A DNA stretch of 64,000 nucleotides from Zetaproteobacteria bacterium CG_4_9_14_3_um_filter_49_83 (GCA_002791545.1 PFXG01000010.1:40161-104160), one strand, 5' to 3'; numbered from the stretch's first letter, positions 1-10,382 are shown. Notes: generated from the sequence alone by a model not told the origin. Made by a program: numbers and translations.

Positions 1-572
1 ATTTTGCGGATTCAGGGTTGGTCATTGTGGATGGTAAGCCCGTGCATAGTCGTCAGATTAAAGCTCGAGTGTTTGAGGTGCCTGGAGCAGGAGGCTTGTT
101 GGCAACCGAATCTGCCGATCATCTGGAAGAGTATTTTATTCCAGAGAAGGAGGTTGTTGTTTTCAATAATGCTGATGATTTGGCTGATACGATATATGAT
201 TTGCTGGCACATCCGGATAAGCGTGATGCAATTGCCCGTGCCGGTTATGAAAGGGCATTGGAAGAACACAGCTATGAAGCCCGATTCGAGCCTTTGATTC
301 AGCTGGCGTTGGAGAAAAGAGCAAATCGTTCGGAAGCATCGCAAGGAATTGATTTTAAACGCTTCGAATCAATTGCCTTGTCGCACAGGCCGGGTTTGTT
401 TCTCTGCATGCTGAAATATATATTGCTGTTGCCATGCTTGCTTATTTGGGGAAGACAGCGTGGGCCAAGGGCGGCCAGACGTTTTCTGTTTGAGTTGAGC
501 TGGCGCTACATGGGAAAAAAGACTTACTCTGCCAGTAATTGGCCGGGTAGGATTTTTTACAAAGTAAGCTAG
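1..572 (+). CDS. glycosyltransferase, C-terminal fragment (CgeB-like / GT1-type C-terminal domain); 5' end outside window
   Basis: Frame open from window edge to TAG 570-572. The tail FIPEKEVVVFNNADDLADTIYDLLAHPDKRDAIARAGYERALEEHSYEARF resembles C-termini of CgeB-type glycosyltransferases. Sits in a sugar-modification cluster. Confidence 0.55.
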   Translation, partial: FADSGLVIVDGKPVHSRQIKARVFEVPGAGGLLATESADHLEEYFIPEKEVVVFNNADDLADTIYDLLAHPDKRDAIARAGYERALEEHSYEARFEPLIQLALEKRANRSEASQGIDFKRFESIALSHRPGLFLCMLKYILLLPCLLIWGRQRGPRAARRFLFELSWRYMGKKTYSASNWPGRIFYKVS

Positions 573-613
573 GATCAGAGTGCTTGGTCATTGATTCATG
601 GATGGGAGTTGAA

Positions 614-1525
614 ATGAAAGTTCTGGTACTGGGCGGCAATGGCTTTATCGGGTCACATGTCGTAGATCATCTGCTTTTGGCCGGGCATCAGGTGCGCGTG
701 TTTGATCGATCTCCCGAGCATTATCGCGAGCCTCTGGCCAACGTCGATTACCAGTTTGGTCAGTTCAATGATATCCATCGGATTGATGAAGCCTTGCGTG
801 ACGTGGGCGCTGTTTTCCACTTGATATCAACAACTGTTCCGGGTACTTCTAATCTGGATCCGGTTGCTGATGTTGAATGCAACCTGGTGGGTACCCTTCA
901 ACTACTGGAGCAGATGAGAAAGCAAAGTATTCGAAGGATTTTATATCTCTCCTCTGGCGGTACGGTATATGGAAACCCTGAAATATCACCTGTACCTGAA
1001 AATCATTCGCTTGATCCGATCAGCTCATATGGTGTGGTCAAAGTAGCCGTTGAGAAGTATTTGTATATGTACCAGCAATTGTACGGCTTTCAGCCACTGG
1101 TATTGCGCCCGTCGAATCTTTATGGACCCAGGCAGGGAAACACAGGCGTGCAGGGATTAATAGGAACGCTACTGGCAAAAATGTTAGCTGGCGAAATGCT
1201 GGATATATGGGGGGATGGTTCAATTATCCGCGATTATTTACATGTCAGCGATCTGGCCAGATTATCTGTCTGCGCACTGCAAAGCGAAACCTGCGGTGTT
1301 TTTAATGCAGGAAGTGGCAGAGGGTTTTCAGTGAATGATATTGTAACTCAAATTCGCAGTTTAACTGAGAATGATCTGATCGTAAATTACAGTGAGGGAA
1401 GACCCTATGATGTAAAAGAGGTTGTGCTGGATATCACCCGTACCATGAGAGCATTTGACTGGAGGCCGGAAGAATCTCTTTCTGAAGGGATTAAGGATCA
1501 GTTTTTATGGTTGAAATCACTGTGA
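614..1525 (+). CDS. NAD-dependent epimerase/dehydratase (SDR, UDP-sugar 4-epimerase-like)
   Basis: ATG 614 preceded by GGGAG. N-terminal Rossmann motif MKVLVLGGNGFIGSH; catalytic SSYGVVK (YxxxK). Confidence 0.85.
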   Translation: MKVLVLGGNGFIGSHVVDHLLLAGHQVRVFDRSPEHYREPLANVDYQFGQFNDIHRIDEALRDVGAVFHLISTTVPGTSNLDPVADVECNLVGTLQLLEQMRKQSIRRILYLSSGGTVYGNPEISPVPENHSLDPISSYGVVKVAVEKYLYMYQQLYGFQPLVLRPSNLYGPRQGNTGVQGLIGTLLAKMLAGEMLDIWGDGSIIRDYLHVSDLARLSVCALQSETCGVFNAGSGRGFSVNDIVTQIRSLTENDLIVNYSEGRPYDVKEVVLDITRTMRAFDWRPEESLSEGIKDQFLWLKSL

Positions 1526-2379
1526 TACCCCGCATTACGATTGCTTTGGCAGTGTATAATGGTGCTGCGACGCTGAAGGAAGCTGTGCTCTCAATTTTGA
1601 ATCAAAGCTTCATCAACTGGGAGCTGATTATCCTCAATGATGCTTCTACTGATGATAGTCTGAAGGTGATGCGTTCTTTTGATGATCCGCGCATACAGTT
1701 GGTCGAGGGGGAAGAAAATCTTGGTTTATCAGCCCGGCTGAATATGGCAATGGATATGGCGCGGGGGGAATATTTCGCACGAATGGATCAGGATGACCTC
1801 AGTTTTCCTGATCGTTTGGAAAAGCAATTACAATTTCTGGAGTCTCATCCTGATATCGACCTGCTGGCAAGTGCGACCATTGTCTTCAGAAATCAGCATG
1901 AGATACTCGGGCGATTGCCTGTACAGATTCAGCACGATGATATTTGTGCGTGTCCGTGGAACGGTTTTCATTTTCCACATCCGACATGGATTGGAAAAAC
2001 AGACTGGTTTCGCCAGCATCGATATGATTCAAAGGCTGATGGAGCAGAAGATCAGCAATTTCTGCTGCGAACATATCAAACCAGTCGCTTTCACTGCTTG
2101 GAAGAGCCTTTGTTGGCATATCGGGAGGTTGCCAGACCCCTTAAGAAGATGCGACGGGCTAGAAAGATTTTTACCCGTTCATATGTCAGCTATTTGCTCT
2201 CTCAGAATCGCTATATCATGGCAATGAAGGTTGTTGTCATTGCTGTGATCAAGTTAATTGCAGATGGTTTGTATTCACTGACCGGGTTTAGTTTTCTGCG
2301 TAATTCACTGTACCCGTTGTCAGAGCAGGAATTAGCTGCATTCAAGGCCTTATGGCACCGTTTGGAGCGGATGCCATGA
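1507..2379 (+). CDS. family 2 glycosyltransferase
   Basis: ITIALAVYNGAATLKEAVLSILNQSF...LNDASTDDS...ARMDQDD are typical GT2 (GT-A, DxD) motifs. Overlaps the upstream gene by 19 nt. Confidence 0.85.
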   Translation: MVEITVIPRITIALAVYNGAATLKEAVLSILNQSFINWELIILNDASTDDSLKVMRSFDDPRIQLVEGEENLGLSARLNMAMDMARGEYFARMDQDDLSFPDRLEKQLQFLESHPDIDLLASATIVFRNQHEILGRLPVQIQHDDICACPWNGFHFPHPTWIGKTDWFRQHRYDSKADGAEDQQFLLRTYQTSRFHCLEEPLLAYREVARPLKKMRRARKIFTRSYVSYLLSQNRYIMAMKVVVIAVIKLIADGLYSLTGFSFLRNSLYPLSEQELAAFKALWHRLERMP

Positions 2380-3530
2380 ATAAGTTGAAAGATAAACATG
2401 TTGCACTGGTTTCAATAACACCATGGTTTGTTGTTTTACAGTTAGGAGAACAAATTAAATATTTCCTTTCGCAAGGAATGGATGTGACAGTGATTACCTC
2501 AGCCGGAGAGGAATTACATCGCCTTGAGCAGCATGAGCGGTTACATGTGATTATTCTGAATATGTATCGTAAGCCTAAACCCTGGCAGGATTTGAAGGCT
2601 ATAAAGAGCCTGTGGTTTTTATTCAGAGATGAGCAATTTGATATTGTGCATTCATTTCAACCCAAAGCTGGGTTGCTGTGTGCAATCGCAGGGAAACTGG
2701 CCGGGGTAAGGTGTCGTTTTCATACGTTCACCGGACAAGCATGGTTGAGTCAACATGGTCTGATGAGATTGGTGATGCGATCTTCAGATCGATGGATAGT
2801 CAGGTTAATGACACATTGTTATGCCGATAGCGCAACTCAGCGTGAATTTTTGATTGCCGAGCATATTGCTTCAGAACATAGATTAAGTGTGATGGGGAGC
2901 GGGTCCGTGGGAGGCGTGAATTTAAACAGATTCAGGCCTGATCGTTGGGGGCAACAGGCAAAGCTGGATATATTGGATTCTTTGGAAGTCCGAAGGGACT
3001 CAAAGATCGTCACCTTTATTGGCAGAATCACAAAAGACAAAGGGGTTGATGAATTGTTACTGGCCTTTTCCAGGTTGCCTCAGAGTAAACAAAAGGTTGA
3101 TTTATTGTTAGTGGGGCCAATGGATGGTGATCAGGGCTATGAGGAAAGAGTCAGGGAAATGAAGCATGTTCACTGGTTAGGGTATCAATCAGAGCCGGAA
3201 AAGTTTTTAGCTGTTTCACATGTTTTTTGTATGCCGAGCTATAGGGAGGGATTCGGGACAGTGGTCATTGAGGCTGCTGCTATGTCCATTCCATGTGTCG
3301 GAACTGATATTCCGGGACTGAGAGATGCTGTAGAAAATCAACAAAGCGGAGTTCTGGTGCCTGTGAAGAATGTTGATGCTCTCTATAAGGCACTGGAAAA
3401 TTTCATTACAGATGATGCTATGAGGATAAAGATGGGCGAATATGCCAGAGCACGAGCTGAAAGGTTGTTTTCATCAGAATTGGTGAGTGAACACTTTATT
3501 GATGAATACCATCGTTGGATGGCTCATTGA
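2376..3530 (+). CDS. family 1/4 (GT-B) glycosyltransferase
   Basis: ATG 2376 overlaps the upstream TGA (ATGA). C-terminal EGFGTVVIEAAAMSIPCVGTDIPG..E motif is typical of GT4 enzymes. Confidence 0.85.
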   Translation: MNKLKDKHVALVSITPWFVVLQLGEQIKYFLSQGMDVTVITSAGEELHRLEQHERLHVIILNMYRKPKPWQDLKAIKSLWFLFRDEQFDIVHSFQPKAGLLCAIAGKLAGVRCRFHTFTGQAWLSQHGLMRLVMRSSDRWIVRLMTHCYADSATQREFLIAEHIASEHRLSVMGSGSVGGVNLNRFRPDRWGQQAKLDILDSLEVRRDSKIVTFIGRITKDKGVDELLLAFSRLPQSKQKVDLLLVGPMDGDQGYEERVREMKHVHWLGYQSEPEKFLAVSHVFCMPSYREGFGTVVIEAAAMSIPCVGTDIPGLRDAVENQQSGVLVPVKNVDALYKALENFITDDAMRIKMGEYARARAERLFSSELVSEHFIDEYHRWMAH

Positions 3531-4501
3531 TGAAGCATGTTCTGGTAACCGGAGCCAGCGGCTTTATCGGCTGGCGTTTGTGTCAGCGTCTGGTAGATGA
3601 TGGATGTATAGTGCGTGCTTTGCTGCGTACGCCCCAGGAAGGCCCATGGCAGGAGAGTGTGCTTGGTGATCTGGAGCATCTACCCGATGACTTGATGCAG
3701 GGCATCGACACGGTGTTTCATCTGGCCGGTAAAGTGCATGCACTGCAGCCCACCTGGCAGGATGATGAGGAGCAGTTCCGCATCAATGCCGGAGGGACTC
3801 GCAGGCTGGTTGCATTGGCTGATAGTGCGCAGGTTAAGCGGCTGGTTTATTTCAGTTCTTTGAGTATCTTTGGCATGCCGCCAAAGGGCCAGAGCTATGA
3901 TGAGAACGGTGCTCTGGATTATCAGAATATCTATGGTTTGAGTAAGTATTATACCGAATGCAATTACATCTTTTCAGGCAATGATATCCCGCATGTTACT
4001 GTGCTGCGCCCAGCAATGGTGTATGGCCCATCCTGTAAAGGGAATATGAATCGCATGATTGAAGCCATTCTTAAAGGGCGCTTTCCTTCTATTCCGCAAG
4101 GCTATGGATTTCGTTCCATGGTGCATGTAGACGATGTGGTTGAGGCAGCATTGTTGGTTGCCAGCAGAGATGAAGCTGCCGGTGAAGCATTTAATCTGAC
4201 CGATGGCTCTGCATATTCTTCACGGCAACTTTACGATTGGATCAGTTATCAGTTAGGGAAAACACCGAGCCGATGGACTATGCCGGTATGGTTGTTTCGC
4301 CTGATGGCATTTGTTGGCGATGCTATCGGTATTGTGTTTGGGAAAAGATTTATATTTGATTCCAGCACCTTTCAAAAGTTGTTTGCGAATGCCCGGTACA
4401 GCTCTGGAAAAATTGAAAAAGTTCTGGGCTTCCACCCGAAACATCGCTTGCAGGAATCATTACCCGACATTGTTAAAGAGTATCTGAATCACAGGCCCTG
4501 A
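3530..4501 (+). CDS. NAD-dependent epimerase/dehydratase
   Basis: ATG 3530 overlaps the upstream TGA by 1 nt. MKHVLVTGASGFIGWRL Rossmann motif; YGLSKYYTE (YxxxK). Confidence 0.85.
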   Translation: MKHVLVTGASGFIGWRLCQRLVDDGCIVRALLRTPQEGPWQESVLGDLEHLPDDLMQGIDTVFHLAGKVHALQPTWQDDEEQFRINAGGTRRLVALADSAQVKRLVYFSSLSIFGMPPKGQSYDENGALDYQNIYGLSKYYTECNYIFSGNDIPHVTVLRPAMVYGPSCKGNMNRMIEAILKGRFPSIPQGYGFRSMVHVDDVVEAALLVASRDEAAGEAFNLTDGSAYSSRQLYDWISYQLGKTPSRWTMPVWLFRLMAFVGDAIGIVFGKRFIFDSSTFQKLFANARYSSGKIEKVLGFHPKHRLQESLPDIVKEYLNHRP

Positions 4502-4502
4502 T

Positions 4503-6656
4503 TTGTGCCCTGAGGATCGTTCGGCCGATGTATGCGTCGTGGTGGCTGTCTTTTTGCCACTTCGCGATGGCTATACCTATCGATGGCCAGCCATGCTCGG
4601 TGCTCCAGAGGTTGGTATCCGGGTTCGTGTTCCTTTTGGCAAGAGTATCCGGCATGGCATGGTGATTGAGCTTGCGCCGGAACAAATGTCTGCTGTGGAC
4701 ATTGTTGATGTTCTGGATCGTTTGGATATTGAACCACTGCTTTGCGAAGTGCGGCTTCGCTGGCTACGTCGCTCTACTCGCTATTATCTGTCGAGTTTCG
4801 GTGAGATGCTCGATATGGCAACGGCCTGGGCTGATGATGCTCGGCGAAAGTTCAGATGTGTGGATCAGAGCAAGCTTGAAGCATTCGATTCGGGCCTTGC
4901 TCGTTTATTTCCCAGAAAGGCTTATTTTTCTTTGGCGACCCTGCGTTTGAGGGCGGAATTTCCTTCATTGCAATATGCATTATTGAAGGCCTTGCAGGCC
5001 AATCTGATAGAGGAAAAAATAGCCGCAGGCAGTGATGCCAGCGACTGGACAGTGGAAAGTATCCCGGAACATCTGACCCGGGCGCAGGACGCTGCTCTGT
5101 CAACATTGCGCCAGCAGAATACAGGGTTTCATCCATCGCTGCTGTTCGGTGCGACAGGCTCAGGTAAGACTGAAGTTTATCTGCGCTTCGCCGCAGAACT
5201 GGTTGTGGCAGGCAAACAGGTGATGATTCTTGTGCCGGAAATCGGCTTGACTCCGATGTGGATCAGTCGCCTGCAACAGCGCTTTAACAGGGTGGCGATG
5301 TGGCACTCAGCCATGAAGCCACAGGAGCGAATCGCAGTGCGCCATGCTTTGGCTGAGGTGGATGTGCTGATTGGCACCCGTTCAGCCTTGTTTTTGCCGC
5401 TGCCAAGGCTGGGACTGGTGGTGCTCGATGAAGAGCATGACAGTTCTTTTAAGCAGCAGGATGGTGTGAATTATTCAGCGCGGGATATGGCACTGCTGTT
5501 GGGGCAGGAGCTGGATATTCCTGTGCTGATGGGCACGGCAACACCCAGTATGGAAAGCTGGCGTCAAGTGCAACAGGCCAGCGTGAACCTGCTCGAATTA
5601 AGTGAGCGCATTGCTTCGATCAAAAATCCCCATCTTCAACCCTCGACATGCGAGATCGTTGATATGCGCGGCAACCATAGCGTGATATCAACGAAGCTGT
5701 TGAGTGCACTGGAGCAAACCCGAAAGGCAGGTTTGCAATCGATCTTGTTTTTAAATCGGCGTGGCTATGCACCCGCATTGCAATGTACGGCTTGTGGCCA
5801 TGTTCCCGAGTGTCCGCATTGCACGACGCGTCTGACATTGCACCGCAAACACGGTCAGCTCAGATGTCATACCTGCGATTATTCCCGGCGCGTTGCCGGA
5901 GTTTGCGAAGCCTGCGGTGAGGCATCACTATTGCCACTGGGGGCTGGCACCGAGAAGCTGGAAGACTTGCTGGGCCAGCAATTGCCCGAGCTGCGCTTTG
6001 CCCGCTTTGATCGCGATGAAGTGCGTAATCACGATCAATTGCAGCAAGTGCTGTACAGCTTCGCCAAAGGCGAGCTGGATTGTCTGGTGGGTACACAAAT
6101 GCTGGTTAAAGGGCATCATTTTCCCAAGGTGGCACTGGTTGGTGTCGTGAATGCCGATATGGGGATTCATATGCCTGATTTCCGAGCCACAGAACGCTGG
6201 TGGCAACAGATGACCCAGGTCATGGGCCGCGCAGGGCGAGGCGATGTGGCCAGTCGGATCATGATTCAAACATCAGATCCGGATGCGCAGTGGATCAATC
6301 AGCTGGGCAATGAGGCGGCGAGGCTAACGCTGGATCGTGAGCTTTCGTTGCGGCAGATGCTTAATTTTCCGCCTTATGCGCGATGGGTTCGGGTCGTCTT
6401 TTCTTGCATGCAAGCCGACAAAGCTTTGCAGGCGGCGCAAAAGTTTTACGATCAATGTGTTTTGCCAGAAGTGCGTATGACATCACCCGCGCCATGCGCG
6501 ATGGAGCGCCGGGCCGGGCGTTACCGCTTTGAAGTTTTGCTCAGGGATGAGACAAGAAAAATATTACCCTGGAAACTGGCACCACTGTTGCAGTCCATCA
6601 AAGTAGCATCCGGCGTACGCCGCAAGGTTGAGGTTGATCCTGTCGATATGCTTTAG
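4503..6656 (+). CDS. priA: primosomal protein N' (replication restart helicase PriA)
   Basis: Walker A GATGSGKTEVYL, DEEHD box and a Cys-rich Zn region CTACGHVPECPHCTTRLTLH...CHTCDY...CEACGE. The start is uncertain: TTG 4503 or in-frame GTG 4539/4542. Confidence 0.93.
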   Translation: MCPEDRSADVCVVVAVFLPLRDGYTYRWPAMLGAPEVGIRVRVPFGKSIRHGMVIELAPEQMSAVDIVDVLDRLDIEPLLCEVRLRWLRRSTRYYLSSFGEMLDMATAWADDARRKFRCVDQSKLEAFDSGLARLFPRKAYFSLATLRLRAEFPSLQYALLKALQANLIEEKIAAGSDASDWTVESIPEHLTRAQDAALSTLRQQNTGFHPSLLFGATGSGKTEVYLRFAAELVVAGKQVMILVPEIGLTPMWISRLQQRFNRVAMWHSAMKPQERIAVRHALAEVDVLIGTRSALFLPLPRLGLVVLDEEHDSSFKQQDGVNYSARDMALLLGQELDIPVLMGTATPSMESWRQVQQASVNLLELSERIASIKNPHLQPSTCEIVDMRGNHSVISTKLLSALEQTRKAGLQSILFLNRRGYAPALQCTACGHVPECPHCTTRLTLHRKHGQLRCHTCDYSRRVAGVCEACGEASLLPLGAGTEKLEDLLGQQLPELRFARFDRDEVRNHDQLQQVLYSFAKGELDCLVGTQMLVKGHHFPKVALVGVVNADMGIHMPDFRATERWWQQMTQVMGRAGRGDVASRIMIQTSDPDAQWINQLGNEAARLTLDRELSLRQMLNFPPYARWVRVVFSCMQADKALQAAQKFYDQCVLPEVRMTSPAPCAMERRAGRYRFEVLLRDETRKILPWKLAPLLQSIKVASGVRRKVEVDPVDML

Positions 6657-6756
6657 CTTGGATCATTCATCATCACGGTTGATATTTTCGGGTTGCGCAG
6701 GCGTGCACGTAGCATACTGATACCACGGGACGATTAAGGCTGTCTGAGTCTATGCC

Positions 6757-8061
6757 CTACTCGGCATATTTCTTTTTGCGCATGCGGAACAGGAAAAACA
6801 GCGCTGTGCCTGCCAGCAGTGGTGCCAGAATTGCTTTGATCAGCAGGGGATCGGCCTGCATGCCCATGAGGACTTCTACTTCTTCGACTACATAAGCCGT
6901 CAGATTCACCGCGTAATAGGTGAAAATCGCCACGGATAAGAGTTCGGCCGCTTGTTGTAAACGCAATTGTAACTGGAAACGCATATTCATGGCTGTCAGC
7001 AGTTCCTGATTCTGCCGTTCATGTCGTACTCCGATACGGGTTCGCAGTAAGTCGCTGGCATGCGAAACACGTTGCGAAAGCTGATCCAGCCAGCGAGACA
7101 CCGATTCACAGGTGTTGCGTGCCGGTTCCAGCCGACGGGCCAGAATACCGCTGATTGAGGGTACTTTTTCCACCGGCTCTTCGTGCAGATCCTGTAATCG
7201 TTTGAACACCAGGTCGAAGTAGGCGCGCGAGGCTGATAAACGACGATAATTGGCTGCCACCAACTGCTCTACATGCGCCGCCAGCGCTGTTAACTCTTCC
7301 AGCAGGGCATCGTCATCCATGCCATTACCCTGAGCAATGGCCTGTGTCAGGTGTGTCAGTTTCTGATCCGCTTCAGGCAATAGATGCAATAAATCGCGCG
7401 CATCCGGTAAAGCCATCAGGGCCAGCATCCGGTACGTTTCCATTTCGATCAGGCGCAGCAGTAAACGTCCGTTCTGCGATGGTAAGCGGGCACGGGTCAG
7501 CACCAGCATCCGCATCAGACCATCGTCGCGAATAGCAAAATCTGTCAAAATCATGCCCTTACTGCGTCCGACCTGGGAGGCGGTGAATGATGTGGCATCA
7601 AATAGCTCGGCGTAACGCTTGACTACGTCGTCAGGCGTGGCATCCCCGTCACAGGCCAGTACCGTGATATCCAGCGCCGTCAACGTGTGCCCCGGAATGT
7701 TGGCCAACCAGCCTTCTGGCAATAATGAAAGCAGCGGCACATCGAACGGCGCGTCCTCCACGGACTGTTCCGGATGATAAACAAATTTGTAGCGAGTGAA
7801 TTCCTGATGCCGTTCGATCTTCAGGCGCAGGCTGCCGAAATAGTATCGAACCTGATTTCCCCGGCAGGAAGGTTCGGAACCACCCATACGCTCTGCCAGT
7901 TCGGCCAGATGATCATTCTCACAGCGACGCTCCTGCTGACTCACCAGTACAGCCAGATAAAGTACCCGCTCGGGTGGCGTGAGTGGTTCATAGGGGTGGA
8001 TATGCAACTCATCATTGAGCGCATGGCGAAGGGCGTAGTCTTGCGGATAGAACTGTGTCAT
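6757..8061 (-). CDS. DUF3422 family membrane-anchored protein
   Basis: N-terminus ALRHALNDELHIHPYEPL and two C-terminal hydrophobic helices fit the DUF3422 architecture as I remember it. No catalytic motif recognised. Confidence 0.6.
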   Translation of the reverse strand: MTQFYPQDYALRHALNDELHIHPYEPLTPPERVLYLAVLVSQQERRCENDHLAELAERMGGSEPSCRGNQVRYYFGSLRLKIERHQEFTRYKFVYHPEQSVEDAPFDVPLLSLLPEGWLANIPGHTLTALDITVLACDGDATPDDVVKRYAELFDATSFTASQVGRSKGMILTDFAIRDDGLMRMLVLTRARLPSQNGRLLLRLIEMETYRMLALMALPDARDLLHLLPEADQKLTHLTQAIAQGNGMDDDALLEELTALAAHVEQLVAANYRRLSASRAYFDLVFKRLQDLHEEPVEKVPSISGILARRLEPARNTCESVSRWLDQLSQRVSHASDLLRTRIGVRHERQNQELLTAMNMRFQLQLRLQQAAELLSVAIFTYYAVNLTAYVVEEVEVLMGMQADPLLIKAILAPLLAGTALFFLFRMRKKKYAE

Positions 8062-8079
8062 TTATTCAGATTAAAGATA

Positions 8080-8898
8080 TCAAACAGCATGGTCAAAGTT
8101 TGCTTGTGTGTTCCGAATGATATCGAGCAGTGGCTGATGGATTGCCGGTGATGCGGCAAGAATAGATTGCGTCATTTTCAGCCGATCAAACAGCGCACCG
8201 TTGGAGAAATTACTGACCTGACAGCCTGCTTCTTCGGCAATCAGACTGCCTGCGGCATAATCCCATATTTTTTCTCCGCCATGCACAATGAAATGCCCGC
8301 GTCCGGCTGCCAGCCAGGCCCATTCCAGCGCACATGTGCCGATATTACGCTGACTGCGATAGAGATTTTTTTGCAGAAAGAGTTCTTTTTGTGCCTGTTC
8401 CAGACGTTTGAAATCGATGAAGCCAACAGCACAGGCAAGTTCACGTTCATGGGTGATGTGAATGGCAACACCATTTAAAGATGCACCAGCATGCTTGATG
8501 GCGGTAAATGTTTCTTGCCGAACAGGGTCATGAATGCATGCCAGAAGTGGTTTCCCATCTTCAATCAACGCCAGTGACGTGCCAAAAACGGGGATGCCGG
8601 CGGAGAAGTTGGTGGTGCCATCGAGGGGGTCAAGGCACCAGAAGCGACCGGACGAACTCATTTTTTGACGTTGCTCTTGCTCGCTCATTTCTTCGCCGAG
8701 AAAAGCAATCGAGGCATCGAGTTGATGCAATTGATGTTTCATCCAGCTTTGGCTGAGCGTGTCGGTTTCGGTGACAATGGAACCATCAGTCTTGAGCTGG
8801 CTGGTAATGCTGCGATTAAATGCCGGAAGAATGATTTCCCGACCGGCTTGTTCGATGATGTGGCTGATGTGACTCAGCAGTGCGTTGTTTTTGCACAT
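8080..8898 (-). CDS. inositol monophosphatase family protein (SuhB/CysQ-like)
   Basis: WCLDPLDGTTNF and WDYAAG motifs. ATG 8898 is preceded by AAGGAG. The longer ORF to 9063 would overlap the pfp start and is unlikely. Confidence 0.85.
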   Translation of the reverse strand: MCKNNALLSHISHIIEQAGREIILPAFNRSITSQLKTDGSIVTETDTLSQSWMKHQLHQLDASIAFLGEEMSEQEQRQKMSSSGRFWCLDPLDGTTNFSAGIPVFGTSLALIEDGKPLLACIHDPVRQETFTAIKHAGASLNGVAIHITHERELACAVGFIDFKRLEQAQKELFLQKNLYRSQRNIGTCALEWAWLAAGRGHFIVHGGEKIWDYAAGSLIAEEAGCQVSNFSNGALFDRLKMTQSILAASPAIHQPLLDIIRNTQANFDHAV

Positions 8899-9030
8899 GT
8901 GTGTGCTCCTTAAAGGCCCAATCTTGCATGAATGGTAGCAATATTTTTTGAGGATGCGATGTGGTTCTTTTATCGGTATGATGCGCTTGAGTTGAATATT
9001 GGATACTAATCTGAACGGAGGATGTGAATC

Positions 9031-10215
9031 ATGGCATTGAAAGGAAAAATGGTCATCGGCCAATCCGGTGGTCCGACCACCGTCATTAATCAGTCACTTG
9101 TTGGTGCTATTCTGGAGGCGCGGAAGCACGAGGCGATTACCGGTATTCTGGGTGCCCGTCACGGTATTGCAGGGATCATGAAAGAGGATTTTATCGATTT
9201 AACAACGCAAAGCGGAAGTGATCTCGAATGTCTGGCGAATACACCGGCAGCAGGTCTTGGTTCGGTACGTCTGAAGCCGGGCAAGGCAGAATGTGAACGT
9301 GTGTTTGAAGTGTTTAAAAAGAATGATGTGCGATATTTCTTTTATATTGGTGGCAATGACTCTGCCGAGACAGCCCATATTATTGCTGAAATGGCCAAAG
9401 AGGAGAATTATGACTTCTGTACTATCCATTTGCCTAAAACCATCGACAACGATTTACGCGTAACCGATCATTGCCCGGGCTTTGCTTCTGCGGCTCGTTT
9501 TGTGGCATTGGCTTTTATGGGTGATGATCGTGATAACGCTGCGCTCAGCGGTGTTAAGATCAACGTTGTGATGGGACGCCATGCCGGTTTCCTGACTGCT
9601 GCCTCAGCCCTGGCCCGACAGGATGAAAGTGATGGCCCACACCTGATTTATTTGCCGGAGCGCGTGTTTGATGTGGCATCATTCCAGCAGGATGTGAAAT
9701 CAGTCGTGGCTAAATATGGACGCTGTGTGGTGGCTGTCTCTGAAGGTGTAGGCGATAAAGATGGTAACCCGATTGCATCAACCGGCGAGCGTGACTCGCA
9801 CGGTAATGTGCAACTCTCCGGCACCGGCGCGTTGGGAGATTTCCTTTCGGGCAAGGTGAAGGAAGCTTATGCGGGTGAATCTGTTCGTGTGCGTGCCGAT
9901 ACGTTCGGTTATCTCCAGCGTAGCTTTCCAACAATAGTGTCGGAAGTTGATGCCAGAGAAGCACGTGAATCCGGTGCTTTCGGTGTGAAACAGGCTGTTG
10001 AACAGGGTGAGAATGGCTCTGTGGCTATCCGGCGTCTGTCAAGTGATCCTTATGCAAGCGATTACTTTATCACACCACTTTCAACGGTTGCCCGTGAAGC
10101 GACTGAAATGAAAGATGAATATATCAGTGCTGAAGGTAACGATGTCACCGAAGCATGGTTAACTTATCTGCGGCCATTGGTGGGCCCGATGCCACGTTTG
10201 GGTAAACTTTTTTAA
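9031..10215 (+). CDS. pfp: pyrophosphate-dependent 6-phosphofructokinase
   Basis: PFK fold. GGNDS replaces the E. coli GGDGS, and PKTIDND replaces PGTIDND. This gives Asp and Lys at the two positions classically diagnostic of PPi-dependent rather than ATP-dependent PFK. GGAGG lies before the ATG. Confidence 0.85.
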   Translation: MALKGKMVIGQSGGPTTVINQSLVGAILEARKHEAITGILGARHGIAGIMKEDFIDLTTQSGSDLECLANTPAAGLGSVRLKPGKAECERVFEVFKKNDVRYFFYIGGNDSAETAHIIAEMAKEENYDFCTIHLPKTIDNDLRVTDHCPGFASAARFVALAFMGDDRDNAALSGVKINVVMGRHAGFLTAASALARQDESDGPHLIYLPERVFDVASFQQDVKSVVAKYGRCVVAVSEGVGDKDGNPIASTGERDSHGNVQLSGTGALGDFLSGKVKEAYAGESVRVRADTFGYLQRSFPTIVSEVDAREARESGAFGVKQAVEQGENGSVAIRRLSSDPYASDYFITPLSTVAREATEMKDEYISAEGNDVTEAWLTYLRPLVGPMPRLGKLF

Positions 10216-10376
10216 CCCGGATTATTTATGAATCGTTGTGAAGATTGCGACGAACGCTTGTTCGAAACGAATTCTGAAGAAGACGTGCGTAGCAGTGCAT
10301 ACGACAACTGATGAAGGATTTGTTGCGGACAAAGGGGCAAGCAAGGGCGCAATAAAATTTATGAATAATTCGGGTT
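10214..10376. repeat. REP/MITE-like element bounded by inverted arms (long copy)
   Basis: AACCCGGATTATTTATGAAT (10214-10233) matches the reverse complement of 10357-10376 at 17 of 20 positions. The same arms recur at 11889-11956 and 23504-23534. Confidence 0.6.
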
Positions 10377-10382
10377 AAGCTA

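Noticed and set aside
8899-9063. A 55-codon N-terminal extension of the inositol monophosphatase ORF overlapping the pfp start.
   Set aside because: An internal ATG at 8898 has a good AAGGAG RBS and yields a family-typical length. The extension has no homology-like features and would overlap the divergent gene.
10228-10311. The 27-codon mini-ORF (MNRCEDCDERLF...) treated as a real gene.
   Set aside because: It has no SD. Its start lies inside a repeat arm and the short copy of the element lacks it. It is kept only as a remark within the repeat finding.
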